DNA of 55,557 nucleotides from IMG/VR virus record IMGVR_UViG_3300042888_001173; one strand, 5' to 3'. Each line of letters opens with the position of its first letter. Position 1 is the first letter of the stretch. This document shows positions 33,981 through 42,565 of the stretch, one piece after another. Both the position numbers and the translations under genes were made by a program. This DNA is from an uncultured virus (IMG/VR IMGVR_UViG_3300042888_001173) (taxonomy: Duplodnaviria; Heunggongvirae; Uroviricota; Caudoviricetes). The notes below the pieces were generated by a model, which saw nothing but the letters and a program-made list of their open reading frames with translations, had not been told where the DNA came from and did no database searches.

Positions 33981-34331
33981 ATGCGTTATTACATCGTCAG
34001 TTGGGATCAGCAGGGTGTAGAGTTTTTTGAAGAGATCACAGAACATCATCCTGACAATTGGGCCAAGGATCATTTGTTTGACACCATCAAACAAAACAAG
34101 CGGGTAGAAAAGCCCATGAGCTTTAGTATTCAATCATTGAAACTTCGTGCCCAATTCAACAGTCATCGCCACTATGAAATCTACGTATTCACCAGCAATG
34201 ACGACATTACAAAAACAGATATTCAAGATTGGTTCACTACAGATGCTCAGAGCTTTGCCAATTGGGTACGCAAGAATTACAGCTACAAGATCTGGGATGA
34301 ACGAGCCACAGAGCAAGCAGTAATTGTATGA
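33981..34331 (+). CDS. Hypothetical phage protein
   Basis: 116-aa ORF. Confidence 0.75.
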   Translation: MRYYIVSWDQQGVEFFEEITEHHPDNWAKDHLFDTIKQNKRVEKPMSFSIQSLKLRAQFNSHRHYEIYVFTSNDDITKTDIQDWFTTDAQSFANWVRKNYSYKIWDERATEQAVIV

Positions 34332-34546
34332 ACCTACGAATTGATAAACTAATTGATGATGCTAGGTTGACTGCTGTGGCGGAGATGTTTGAGGTTGAAT
34401 TGACCAAGTTTGCCGAGTTGATTGTGGCAGAATGTATTCAGACTATTCAGATGGGTATCACTCGTGATGGCCACAATACTGAAAAGTATCAAAGGTCAAT
34501 TAAACACATTAAACAGATTAAAGAACATTTCGGAGTTGAAGAATGA
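34328..34546 (+). CDS. MNERI/KFAELIV/HFGVEE-family small protein, copy 1
   Basis: KFAELIVAEC...IKEHFGVEE. Confidence 0.8.
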   Translation: MNLRIDKLIDDARLTAVAEMFEVELTKFAELIVAECIQTIQMGITRDGHNTEKYQRSIKHIKQIKEHFGVEE

Positions 34547-34779
34547 ACGACAGAATTCGTGAACTATACCAACAAGCCCATAGCATACGACACCATGACG
34601 GTGATCCTATGCGGGACGGTAATCCACCTACTGTTTATTGGCAAGGTGAAAAGAGTGCTAAAAAGTTCGCCCAGTTGATTGTTCAGGAATGTGCAAGTAT
34701 GGTAGATCTTCATGGTCGATGGATTTTGTATGATAAACTTGCTGTAAAAATTAAACGAGAGTTCGGAGTTGAAGAATGA
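34543..34779 (+). CDS. MNERI-family small protein, copy 2
   Basis: MNDRIREL...KFAQLIVQEC...FGVEE. Confidence 0.8.
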   Translation: MNDRIRELYQQAHSIRHHDGDPMRDGNPPTVYWQGEKSAKKFAQLIVQECASMVDLHGRWILYDKLAVKIKREFGVEE

Positions 34780-34973
34780 ACAATGATGAAGATCCTCAGC
34801 GAGAAAAAATCTTTGAACTTCTCCAAGAGATTATATATTTAAAAGGACAGATAACTTATCTGCAGGAACAATTAAGCAGCGTAGAAGATGACCGGGATAA
34901 TAGAATTGATCGGTATGAAAAACAAGTTGCTGACCTTGAACAACAATTGGGCAATGCCCTATTTCGGAGTTGA
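34776..34973 (+). CDS. Coiled-coil protein unrelated to the family, within the array
   Basis: Stops inside the junction repeat in a shifted frame. Confidence 0.65.
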   Translation: MNNDEDPQREKIFELLQEIIYLKGQITYLQEQLSSVEDDRDNRIDRYEKQVADLEQQLGNALFRS

Positions 34974-34976
34974 AGA

Positions 34977-35270
34977 ATGATTGTTCCAGATTTAATCAAA
35001 GCCGTTGAATCAGGTTGGGAGAAATCCAGACTTGAAGGACTTAAAATTCAAGGAAAACATCGTATGAACGAACGAATTAAAGAACTTGCTAGACAGGCAG
35101 GACTAATTGCACCCTATGGTAGTGATCGTGAAGAGTTGAGTGATTTTGATTACAGAGAATTCGCCGAGTTGATTGTGAAAGAATGCGCCGGAAAAGTTGA
35201 TTGGATCCTTGCCGAAGGTGGTAAGACACAGGGTGATTTGATTCGGGAACATTTCGGAGTTGAAGAATGA
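34977..35270 (+). CDS. MNERI-family small protein, copy 3 (second start at 35064)
   Basis: MNERIKELARQAG...EFAELIVKEC...EHFGVEE. Confidence 0.8.
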   Translation: MIVPDLIKAVESGWEKSRLEGLKIQGKHRMNERIKELARQAGLIAPYGSDREELSDFDYREFAELIVKECAGKVDWILAEGGKTQGDLIREHFGVEE

Positions 35271-35344
35271 GTTTTATTTTAGGATTCATTGCAGGTTACA
35301 TAGTAGCAGCTATCATATATGCATACCGTTCAAATGAAGATTAA
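35267..35344 (+). CDS. 25-aa TM micro-protein
   Basis: MSFILGFIAGYIVAAIIYAYRSNED starts at the ATG of the junction repeat. Confidence 0.5.
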   Translation: MSFILGFIAGYIVAAIIYAYRSNED

Positions 35345-35358
35345 AGGACAACGACAGA

Positions 35359-35592
35359 ATGAATGAACGAATTCGACAACTTGCTGAACAGGCTGGGCTA
35401 ACCACGGTTGCTGATGTCTACCTTATGAAGAAATATATGCCTAACGAAGTAAAGTTCGCCGAGTTGATTGTGCAGGAATGCGCTAATATTGCACGTAATG
35501 TGGGAAACATTTCTGAACCCGATGACTGGGCGCTGGATAGATGCTATGAGATTGAACAAAGAATTCAAGACCGTTTTGGAGTTGAAGAATGA
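35359..35592 (+). CDS. MNERI-family small protein, copy 4
   Basis: MNERIRQLAEQAG...KFAELIVQEC...RFGVEE. Confidence 0.8.
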   Translation: MNERIRQLAEQAGLTTVADVYLMKKYMPNEVKFAELIVQECANIARNVGNISEPDDWALDRCYEIEQRIQDRFGVEE

Positions 35593-35780
35593 AAAAAGAT
35601 TGGGACACCCAAGAACAATCAGATATGTTTGACAAGTTTCTTGACGACACATCGGATTCAAGGTCGCAAACTTGGAAAGGTTGGCACGGCCGCCGTGCGC
35701 ACGGTTACGATGAACTAGAATGGGAAGCATTTCAGTATGGATGGAATGCCGCAAAGGTATGTTTTGGAGTTAAAGAATGA
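35589..35780 (+). CDS. Unrelated small protein ending in the FGVKE junction
   Basis: AFQYGWNAAK...FGVKE. Confidence 0.7.
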   Translation: MKKDWDTQEQSDMFDKFLDDTSDSRSQTWKGWHGRRAHGYDELEWEAFQYGWNAAKVCFGVKE

Positions 35781-36010
35781 ACATAGATCACGGTGCGATA
35801 TTTCAACAATGTGTATACGATGCAGATAATCGGTTTGTTGATTTAACACTCAGACCGGTTGCTGTGAATTCCCGTACATTTATGCTTACTATGACAGACA
35901 CATCCAACGATGCAGAAATGGACATGATGATTGAACTTTATCTCACAGAAGAAAATTTGAAAAAAGTGATTTACCGTTTGATAAATGTATTAGAAGGTAT
36001 TGGAAAATGA
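35777..36010 (+). CDS. Hypothetical protein
   Basis: ATGA-coupled on both sides. Confidence 0.7.
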   Translation: MNIDHGAIFQQCVYDADNRFVDLTLRPVAVNSRTFMLTMTDTSNDAEMDMMIELYLTEENLKKVIYRLINVLEGIGK

Positions 36011-36246
36011 ACGAACGAATCATAGAACTGGCTGACCACGCAAAAGAATATGCCAATCAGTGTACAAAGGATCTTGACGGTGACATTTCTTGGCACTGGA
36101 TGGACTATTACACTGAAAAGTTCGCCGAGTTGATTGTTGAGGAATGTCTCTACATTGTCGAAGGTGAAGATGATGGTAGTGCTGATACTAAAAGTGTTCG
36201 ATTGGCAATGATAAGAATGAAACAACATTTCGGAGTTATAGAATGA
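36007..36246 (+). CDS. MNERI-family small protein, copy 5
   Basis: MNERIIELA...KFAELIVEEC...HFGVIE. Confidence 0.8.
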   Translation: MNERIIELADHAKEYANQCTKDLDGDISWHWMDYYTEKFAELIVEECLYIVEGEDDGSADTKSVRLAMIRMKQHFGVIE

Positions 36247-36488
36247 ATCAAGTCCCGCTCAAAGCACACGAAGAATGGGCCCAGCAGAGAGTAGAAATTG
36301 CCCGGCGTGACACCGATCAGGCCTTGCATTTGGTTGCAATGGCGCATTTGAATTTGATGCAACATCTCAAGTACGGATTTGACCCAAAGACTGCACACAG
36401 CACCTTGATCAGCGTGGGACAAATATATCCTAAACTAAAAGCAAAGATGAATGACTTGACTCGAGAGTTAGAGAATAAAAACGGTTGA
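36243..36488 (+). CDS. Hypothetical protein
   Basis: 81-aa ORF starting in the last junction repeat. Confidence 0.7.
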   Translation: MNQVPLKAHEEWAQQRVEIARRDTDQALHLVAMAHLNLMQHLKYGFDPKTAHSTLISVGQIYPKLKAKMNDLTRELENKNG

Positions 36489-36513
36489 CATTAAATGATA
36501 TTGAGTGTATAAT
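36485..36513 (+). promoter_or_regulatory. Consensus sigma70 promoter for the RNA ligase
   Basis: TTGACA, 17 bp, TATAAT. Confidence 0.85.
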
Positions 36514-36545
36514 ATACACTTAGACAGTTAATCAAAGGACTTGAT

Positions 36546-37571
36546 ATGAGGAAGTTAGCAACCATTAGGAAGATTGATGCACTGCGTCCTATCCCGGATG
36601 CTGATGCTATCGAATGTGCAGTCGTAGGTGGATGGACGGCTGTGGTTAAGAAGGGTGAATATGCCGCAGGTGATCTTGCTGTGTACTGCGAAATCGATTC
36701 TTGGATTCCTCACGCACTGGCACCATTTTTGAGCAAGGGCAAGGAGCCCAGAGTGTTTGATGGTATTCAAGGCGAACGTCTGCGTACAATGAAGCTTCGA
36801 GGACAGTTGAGCCAGGGGCTGTTGTTGCCATTGTCTACATTGACTATGATAGATTCGGAACTATTTGAAGGACTCGATGTATCATTTCCACTAGGCATTG
36901 TGAAATACGAAGCCCCCATCCCAGCACAATTGGCAGGAGAAGTCAAGGGCATGTTCCCAGGTTGGATTCAAAAGACTGACCAAGAACGTGTTCAAAACTT
37001 GAAAGAAGAATTGGACTACTGGCTTAGAGAACAACACGTTTGGGAAGTTACTGAAAAGCTGGATGGCAGCTCAATGACTGTGTATCTGCGTGATGGAGAG
37101 TTTGGTGTGTGTTCACGTAATCTTGAACTCAAGCCCAGCGAAACCAACAGCCTGTGGAAGGTTGCAGTACGCAATGATTTGGAGTTGAAGCTTCGTCGTG
37201 CCGATCGTAATCTTGCACTGCAAGGTGAGTTGATTGGAGAAGGTATCCAAGGTAATCCATACAAGCAAAAAGGACAGGAATTTTTCTTGTTTGATATCTA
37301 CGACATCGATACCAGCAAGTACTTTACTCCTGCCGAACGCAAGGCATTTGTTCAAGAACACGACATCAAACACGTGCCTGTGCTGGCATTTGGGGCTGAA
37401 CTGTCAGATACCCTAGGAGTCAACAGCATTGACGGAATTCTGCGTTTTGCAGAAGGTAAATCAGTTATGGGAATGATAGGTTGTGAACGTGAAGGCGTTG
37501 TGTTTAAAAGCAAGGCCATGCAATGTTCGTTCAAGGCGATCTCTAATAAATTTTTGTTAAAAAGTGAATAA
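36546..37571 (+). CDS. ATP-dependent RNA ligase, DRB0094 (Rnl5) family
   Basis: N-terminal OB (I..ADAIE...GW..VVKKG), KTDQER, TEKLDGSS, QGELIG, REGVVFK, SFKAIS. Confidence 0.92.
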   Translation: MRKLATIRKIDALRPIPDADAIECAVVGGWTAVVKKGEYAAGDLAVYCEIDSWIPHALAPFLSKGKEPRVFDGIQGERLRTMKLRGQLSQGLLLPLSTLTMIDSELFEGLDVSFPLGIVKYEAPIPAQLAGEVKGMFPGWIQKTDQERVQNLKEELDYWLREQHVWEVTEKLDGSSMTVYLRDGEFGVCSRNLELKPSETNSLWKVAVRNDLELKLRRADRNLALQGELIGEGIQGNPYKQKGQEFFLFDIYDIDTSKYFTPAERKAFVQEHDIKHVPVLAFGAELSDTLGVNSIDGILRFAEGKSVMGMIGCEREGVVFKSKAMQCSFKAISNKFLLKSE

Positions 37572-37577
37572 GATATT

Positions 37578-37820
37578 ATGAAAACGAGCGGAACACCCTC
37601 AAGCTCTAGCCCGGGCATAACGGGCTTTATCGAAATATTCGAAGGTCGACTGAATAAGATGAAGTTGCATCTTAAAGAAGAATTGAGCAAAGCCAAACAC
37701 GAACGAAATCGTAAGCTGATCAAAAGTCAGTTGGCTGAGGCCCGCAAACTTAACCGGACACTGAAAGACATGCGTAATGCCAATACCCGACTGTGTCCAC
37801 ATTGCGGAGAGAAGCTATGA
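37578..37820 (+). CDS. Basic protein with a C-terminal CPHCG knuckle
   Basis: CPHCGEKL. Confidence 0.7.
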   Translation: MKTSGTPSSSSPGITGFIEIFEGRLNKMKLHLKEELSKAKHERNRKLIKSQLAEARKLNRTLKDMRNANTRLCPHCGEKL

Positions 37821-37936
37821 CAGAAGGAGAACGAGCAGGACGCTGGGCTATGCTGTATATCTATACGGTGTTGTTTGCTTTATGGTTTAATATTGTCGCC
37901 ATTGCGGTCTGGCATATCAAGGAGTGGTTTTTATGA
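37817..37936 (+). CDS. 39-aa single-TM protein
   Basis: ATGA-coupled on both sides; hydrophobic core. Confidence 0.6.
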   Translation: MTEGERAGRWAMLYIYTVLFALWFNIVAIAVWHIKEWFL

Positions 37937-38265
37937 ACGAAAGAATTAGAGAACTTGCTAAACAGGCTGGTGATTATGTAAATGAAGTATATACACCGCC
38001 TGTAAGATCCAAGACTCCGGGTAAGATTTGGGAAGATGGTCACATTGATTGGCATACACAGTTTAACGAAAAATTCGCCCGGTTGATTGTGACAGAATGT
38101 TGTCAAGCATTAAATCCCATGTTGCGTGACATGATTAGTCGCGGACAGGGAGTAGACATGGTTAAACAACATTTTGAAATGAATCTCAACGAAATCACAA
38201 CGGCCATGCTGGACCGTACGATTAACCAATGTGAACAACAATTAGCGGAGAAGAAGAATGACTGA
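37933..38265 (+). CDS. MNERI-family small protein, copy 6 (C-terminally extended)
   Basis: MNERIRELAKQAG...KFARLIVTEC...KQHF. Confidence 0.8.
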   Translation: MNERIRELAKQAGDYVNEVYTPPVRSKTPGKIWEDGHIDWHTQFNEKFARLIVTECCQALNPMLRDMISRGQGVDMVKQHFEMNLNEITTAMLDRTINQCEQQLAEKKND

Positions 38266-38455
38266 TAGATTTGATTTAGAACAACAAATTATGGACTGCT
38301 GGAAGATCACTGATGACATTCCCATGATGGAAGCTCAAGGTGCCAATACCGCAGACATGACCTCATTGGCCTGTGTTTATGAATACAAGTTCAAACAACT
38401 GTGGGCTACCTTTGAAACTATGATTGCCGAACGGCAGTTCAAGGACACACAATGA
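38258..38455 (+). CDS. Hypothetical phage protein
   Basis: DRFDLEQQIMDCW...KFKQLW.TFE. Confidence 0.75.
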   Translation: MTDRFDLEQQIMDCWKITDDIPMMEAQGANTADMTSLACVYEYKFKQLWATFETMIAERQFKDTQ

Positions 38456-38628
38456 CACTTAGCGAAATATATATCAGCGTATGGTTTATGTCGTTGATAT
38501 TTTTTACTATAACAACAGGTCTATCTATGTATGAGACCGAGGGAGTATTGGCAACAACTATATTCACTTCTATGATGAGTGTGGTATTTGTTATTTCTTT
38601 GTTTGCAACTGTGTTTTTAATTACCTAA
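38452..38628 (+). CDS. 58-aa two-TM protein
   Basis: AAGGA RBS, ATGA coupling, hydrophobic. Confidence 0.6.
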   Translation: MTLSEIYISVWFMSLIFFTITTGLSMYETEGVLATTIFTSMMSVVFVISLFATVFLIT

Positions 38629-38638
38629 AGGATATAAA

Positions 38639-39154
38639 ATGATTAATATGAAAGAATGGATGGAATTGGTTGGTTATCGAATTACAGAGGGTAGTGCATA
38701 CGGCTGGCAATGCTATGGTTCTGATGCATATGCATTAGATTCGTGGAATGGTGATCACGACGGGCATAGTTTCACAGTCATCTTTGATACCAAAGACCAA
38801 ACAGTTTACGAAGTGCAGGTACACGACTATGTGCATAATCGTGCATACCGTATGATCAATCCAGACTTCCAAAAGAAAAATAAAAAAGAAGCTCGTCGTC
38901 GAGACGTCAACAAAGACGAAGCCTGGGACGATGTCAATTATATTGATCTAGAAGTAGATGACGACTTTATCCAAAAGTGTTTGGCTATTCAAGCAGGTGA
39001 AGATTATGATACAAAAGTGTCAGTTCCGTTGGAACTAGAAGATGATAAAATGTTTGAACTTATGCGTATGGCACACGAACAGGACATTACTCTAAACCAG
39101 CTGGTAGAAAATATACTGCGTAATATGATTGCCGAAAAAGAAATTACTGTTTAG
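38639..39154 (+). CDS. Hypothetical protein with a C-terminal ribbon-helix-helix-like segment
   Basis: VPLELEDDKMFELMRMAHEQDITLNQLVENIL. Confidence 0.65.
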   Translation: MINMKEWMELVGYRITEGSAYGWQCYGSDAYALDSWNGDHDGHSFTVIFDTKDQTVYEVQVHDYVHNRAYRMINPDFQKKNKKEARRRDVNKDEAWDDVNYIDLEVDDDFIQKCLAIQAGEDYDTKVSVPLELEDDKMFELMRMAHEQDITLNQLVENILRNMIAEKEITV

Positions 39155-40031
39155 TAGCTTGGATGTCAAAGCCGTTGCGACAGGCATCGGCTTTGCAAAT
39201 TATAGAGTTTTGAACCCCTGTAAATTCTATTCCTAGTTTTCCAACAAGGCCACCTTGACCACAGTGGCCTCGTTTTATACGGCCCCAGGCATCAACGATT
39301 AGTTGTTCAACGCCGGCCATACACTGTTGTCCGGGAAACGTATTCTTTTTCTCAAGCATAAGAGTTTGAAAGTCTGAAAATTCTTCTTCTCCTGTGTCAT
39401 TAACGTAAATCAAATCTCCGTGTTGGCGTTTTAATTTTACAGCGTGTTCAAGTTTGTATTCCATCGGCTGTTTGTTAATAGCGGGATCTTCAAACAGCAT
39501 CTTTCTATGAACGAGTTGATCGGGCCACATTTTTTTTATTTTAGTAATAGTATCTTCTAATTCTTGCCATCGGTCCGGCAACATACTCACTGTTATACTT
39601 ACGTTTACATTTTTCTTTTTAGCAGCATATAAGCATAGCATAAAATGACTGATCGGAGTGTGTTCTGAATGTACTTCTAGATTTATACTGTCAACTGTAT
39701 CTAACAGGGTTTTCCATTCTGCAATAGGCATACTGGCATTGGTTCGTATGCATACGTTACTGTTTTTTGTCTTGATGTGTTTTATCAAATCCACAAGCCA
39801 GGGCCACTGAGTAACTTCCCCTCCTGTAAAATAATAATTACAGGTTTTGCCTAGGGTTTTGGCAAAGTCACTAACTTGATCAACAAATTTCAAACAGTGT
39901 TCGATGTTTGGCAAGTCAATACTGCCACTTTTTATAATATCAGGACAATAACTGCAATTGTAATTGCAGTGATTCATCAACCACCAGTCGATATAGAAAT
40001 ATCGATTGTCTCTAATACTGCGAAGTTGCAT
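39144..40031 (-). CDS. Radical SAM protein with a C-terminal SPASM/twitch-like Cys cluster (rSAM-1)
   Basis: CNYNCSYC, TGGEVT, CMAG...C...C...C. Confidence 0.92.
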   Translation of the reverse strand: MQLRSIRDNRYFYIDWWLMNHCNYNCSYCPDIIKSGSIDLPNIEHCLKFVDQVSDFAKTLGKTCNYYFTGGEVTQWPWLVDLIKHIKTKNSNVCIRTNASMPIAEWKTLLDTVDSINLEVHSEHTPISHFMLCLYAAKKKNVNVSITVSMLPDRWQELEDTITKIKKMWPDQLVHRKMLFEDPAINKQPMEYKLEHAVKLKRQHGDLIYVNDTGEEEFSDFQTLMLEKKNTFPGQQCMAGVEQLIVDAWGRIKRGHCGQGGLVGKLGIEFTGVQNSIICKADACRNGFDIQATKQ

Positions 40032-40589
40032 CTAGGCCATCCAACTGTCAGTGGCCTGTTCTCCGCATAACTGCGTGGATTCTATCCACATCTCTTTGGT
40101 ATTCGTTTCTAAAAGCCAAACTGGATCAGGTGTTTTTAAAGTCAGCCAGCTTTGTTGTCTGCTCCACGGCGGATCGCCTAGTAGCTCGCCTTCAAGTTGT
40201 CCTGGGCCCCAGCTGCTTTGTCCAAAAAATATTCTAAAACGCTCTGGATAATCGTTGTCGGCTAGATGATGAAACATACCAACATTGCTGGTCATTGACC
40301 AATCGGCATTGATCCTATGTGTTGAATCCATCTTCCAATCACTGTGATGTAACATCCATACTGTGTTGAGTCCCACTGGACCACCCCAATAGAGATTGAA
40401 ATCTTGAGCCAGCTCTATGTTTATTTCTTTGAGGACGCTGTTTATTGAATGGCTTGTTGGGCGATTTACACAGAGTGCCAGAGAACCTCGATTTGTACTA
40501 TGAGTGACCAGTAACACTGTTTTGTCAAATCTTGAATCGCTCATGTTAGGAGGAGATATTAATAAATCTCCTTTTTCGATTCTATGCAT
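40032..40589 (-). CDS. YqgE/AlgH (DUF179) family protein
   Basis: P.M.D.RF.KTV, NRP, GGPV, FFGQSSWGPGQLEGEL. Confidence 0.88.
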   Translation of the reverse strand: MHRIEKGDLLISPPNMSDSRFDKTVLLVTHSTNRGSLALCVNRPTSHSINSVLKEINIELAQDFNLYWGGPVGLNTVWMLHHSDWKMDSTHRINADWSMTSNVGMFHHLADNDYPERFRIFFGQSSWGPGQLEGELLGDPPWSRQQSWLTLKTPDPVWLLETNTKEMWIESTQLCGEQATDSWMA

Positions 40590-40595
40590 TCTAGA

Positions 40596-40838
40596 TCAAC
40601 TCCAGTCTGGAAGTGGGCCGCCATATTTCTTGCCCTTGATTCTTTTGCCTTTTACTGTGGTGCGCTCATTGCCAATCTTGTGTGATTTATTGCCGTGTCG
40701 ACCACGATAGCCTTGGCTCTTGCAGCTGGCCAGTTGACTGGCACCTAGTGCAGCATTGGGTTTGCCGCTCGTGCAAAGAGCTCGGCTCGCGGGCTCTTCG
40801 TCTAATTCTTTGTTTTGGATAACTTCAAATATTCGCAT
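40596..40838 (-). CDS. Basic small protein with an MRIFEV N-terminus (start ATG 40838)
   Basis: TAAATA at 40848-40843 directly upstream. Confidence 0.7.
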   Translation of the reverse strand: MRIFEVIQNKELDEEPASRALCTSGKPNAALGASQLASCKSQGYRGRHGNKSHKIGNERTTVKGKRIKGKKYGGPLPDWS

Positions 40839-40848
40839 CAAGTATTTA

Positions 40849-42018
40849 TTAGGATTCAAAAGTTTTGTCGCCGGGCCAAAGAGGCAGTTTGGTACCTGGC
40901 GCTCTTTTAGGTATTTTACTGTCTGCACTGCTTACACAGCTAGGACTAATACAAGGTTTAGGGCCGTCAAAAAGCTGAAATCCTGTTTCTATATTACCTA
41001 ACGGTGCATCGTGGCAACTATAGCTACGTTTAATGCTGCCGTCTGGTTCACGTATAATAATGCCTCTGTAGCCGCTTGAGCATTCCCAATCTGTAAACTT
41101 GTTAAAATTAAAAGCATTGAACCGTTCAGCTTGATCCATGTACCAAATCTTCTGTTCTTTATCTACGAACTCTACTTGAAAATGCTGTGGTATTTTACTG
41201 TGTTCTTGCTTGTAAATAGGATCTGGTGTTTTAAAGAATTTGGGTTCAGGACGTTTAACTAACTTGGTCTTGGTTGCTTTATCTTCAGTGAAGGCACGTT
41301 GCGGCATACCGTTGTGTAGACGTTTTAACATGTCAGGAGTATATCCATCAACTACACGACTAGCAGTGGGATCACTCTGAGGCTTTAGTGTAACATTGAT
41401 GCCTTGATTGTGAAAGAACAGAGCATTTTCAAAATCACGTTCAAACCATTCAGGAACCATAACCTGATTAATAGTTATTTGAACATCGTGTTGCTGGCAT
41501 AGTATTAGTTTGTCGGCAAACTCCTGCATCTTCTCGGGTGTGTCTACGTGTTCTGTATGTAAACTAGCAGTGATACTAGCACGATGAAATTTACTAACAG
41601 CAGGACAATACTTTTCTTCAAACCATTTAAGTGGTCTACTCATATTGCTAGTCATGTGTACGCTAGTATAGTTTGTGTTTGCTACATCATCATTTAGATA
41701 ATTAAGGATATCAATATAACCAGGATGGAAGGTAGGCTCGCCGCCACTAAGACTAAAATGAAAACTGTTAAAATTGCGTTCTCTAGCTTGTCGTTTGATT
41801 TCATCTATTGTGCGTAAACACAGTTCGGTTGGTCTGTGGTCTTTTGTATCACTGCGGGCATAGGGCCAGCAATAGCTACAACGGTAATTACAATAACGTC
41901 CTAACAGCCAACTGACTGTAAAGAGATCTTTGTACAACATTGTACGTTGTCCTACACGAACAATATCGTTGTAGGGTATTTGGGTAAAGTCGTAGGCCGA
42001 CCAACTTAAATCATTCAT
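40849..42018 (-). CDS. Radical SAM protein (rSAM-2)
   Basis: CNYRCSYC, SGGEPT, CSSG...C...C...C. Confidence 0.92.
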   Translation of the reverse strand: MNDLSWSAYDFTQIPYNDIVRVGQRTMLYKDLFTVSWLLGRYCNYRCSYCWPYARSDTKDHRPTELCLRTIDEIKRQARERNFNSFHFSLSGGEPTFHPGYIDILNYLNDDVANTNYTSVHMTSNMSRPLKWFEEKYCPAVSKFHRASITASLHTEHVDTPEKMQEFADKLILCQQHDVQITINQVMVPEWFERDFENALFFHNQGINVTLKPQSDPTASRVVDGYTPDMLKRLHNGMPQRAFTEDKATKTKLVKRPEPKFFKTPDPIYKQEHSKIPQHFQVEFVDKEQKIWYMDQAERFNAFNFNKFTDWECSSGYRGIIIREPDGSIKRSYSCHDAPLGNIETGFQLFDGPKPCISPSCVSSADSKIPKRAPGTKLPLWPGDKTFES

Positions 42019-42565
42019 AAGGTTGTTGTAACGGATCTATACTAATTTCATTTACACAAATATCTTTTGGTTGTTCTACAATCCATTTAATATATAGTGC
42101 GGCTTGAACAATGTCTAAACATTTTCTTGTAGGATGTTTAGATTGTACATTTGTTAAACTTCCAAAACTAACTAAGGTAATTTTAGGACCGTTATCCCAA
42201 ACACCATTCATACCTAGTGTATTGCAGTAGTCTCTCAATGCTTTCTTTTCTGCGTTATACAACCAAGCGCCGCCTTTCTTCACACGGTCAGTGGTAGATC
42301 CTATGCAAATGATTTGAAGTCTATGATTATTCTCTGTACATTTTTTGTAAACTGCATCTAATAAAATAGTTTGATTAAATTTATGTAAAGCACTACAGTT
42401 TATAAAGATATCATAATCTAATGTGAGATCCGCTAGTTTTTTCTGATCATCATTTTTTGTTAGATCAAAGCCTGTAGTACGGCTAGCAAAAAAAACATCT
42501 GGGTACAATTTAAATAATTCGGCAGCAAGGCCGTAATTTTTATTTCCTGCTACTAGTATTTTCAT
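42011..42565 (-). CDS. Truncated short-chain dehydrogenase/reductase-like protein
   Basis: ILVAG...GLA, DIFINCS, IGS, YNAEK (YxxxK). Confidence 0.75.
   Translation of the reverse strand: MKILVAGNKNYGLAAELFKLYPDVFFASRTTGFDLTKNDDQKKLADLTLDYDIFINCSALHKFNQTILLDAVYKKCTENNHRLQIICIGSTTDRVKKGGAWLYNAEKKALRDYCNTLGMNGVWDNGPKITLVSFGSLTNVQSKHPTRKCLDIVQAALYIKWIVEQPKDICVNEISIDPLQQPYE

Larger units (their letters stand above)
34529..36246 (+). repeat. Seven dispersed copies of the 18-bp junction TTyGGAGTTrwAGAATGA
   Basis: Copies end at 34546, 34779, 34980, 35270, 35592, 35780 and 36246. Confidence 0.9.

Noticed and set aside
34529..36246. Regularly recurring repeat as a CRISPR array
   Set aside because: The repeat is 18 bp and non-palindromic, the spacers are 170-450 bp intact ORFs, and there are no cas genes
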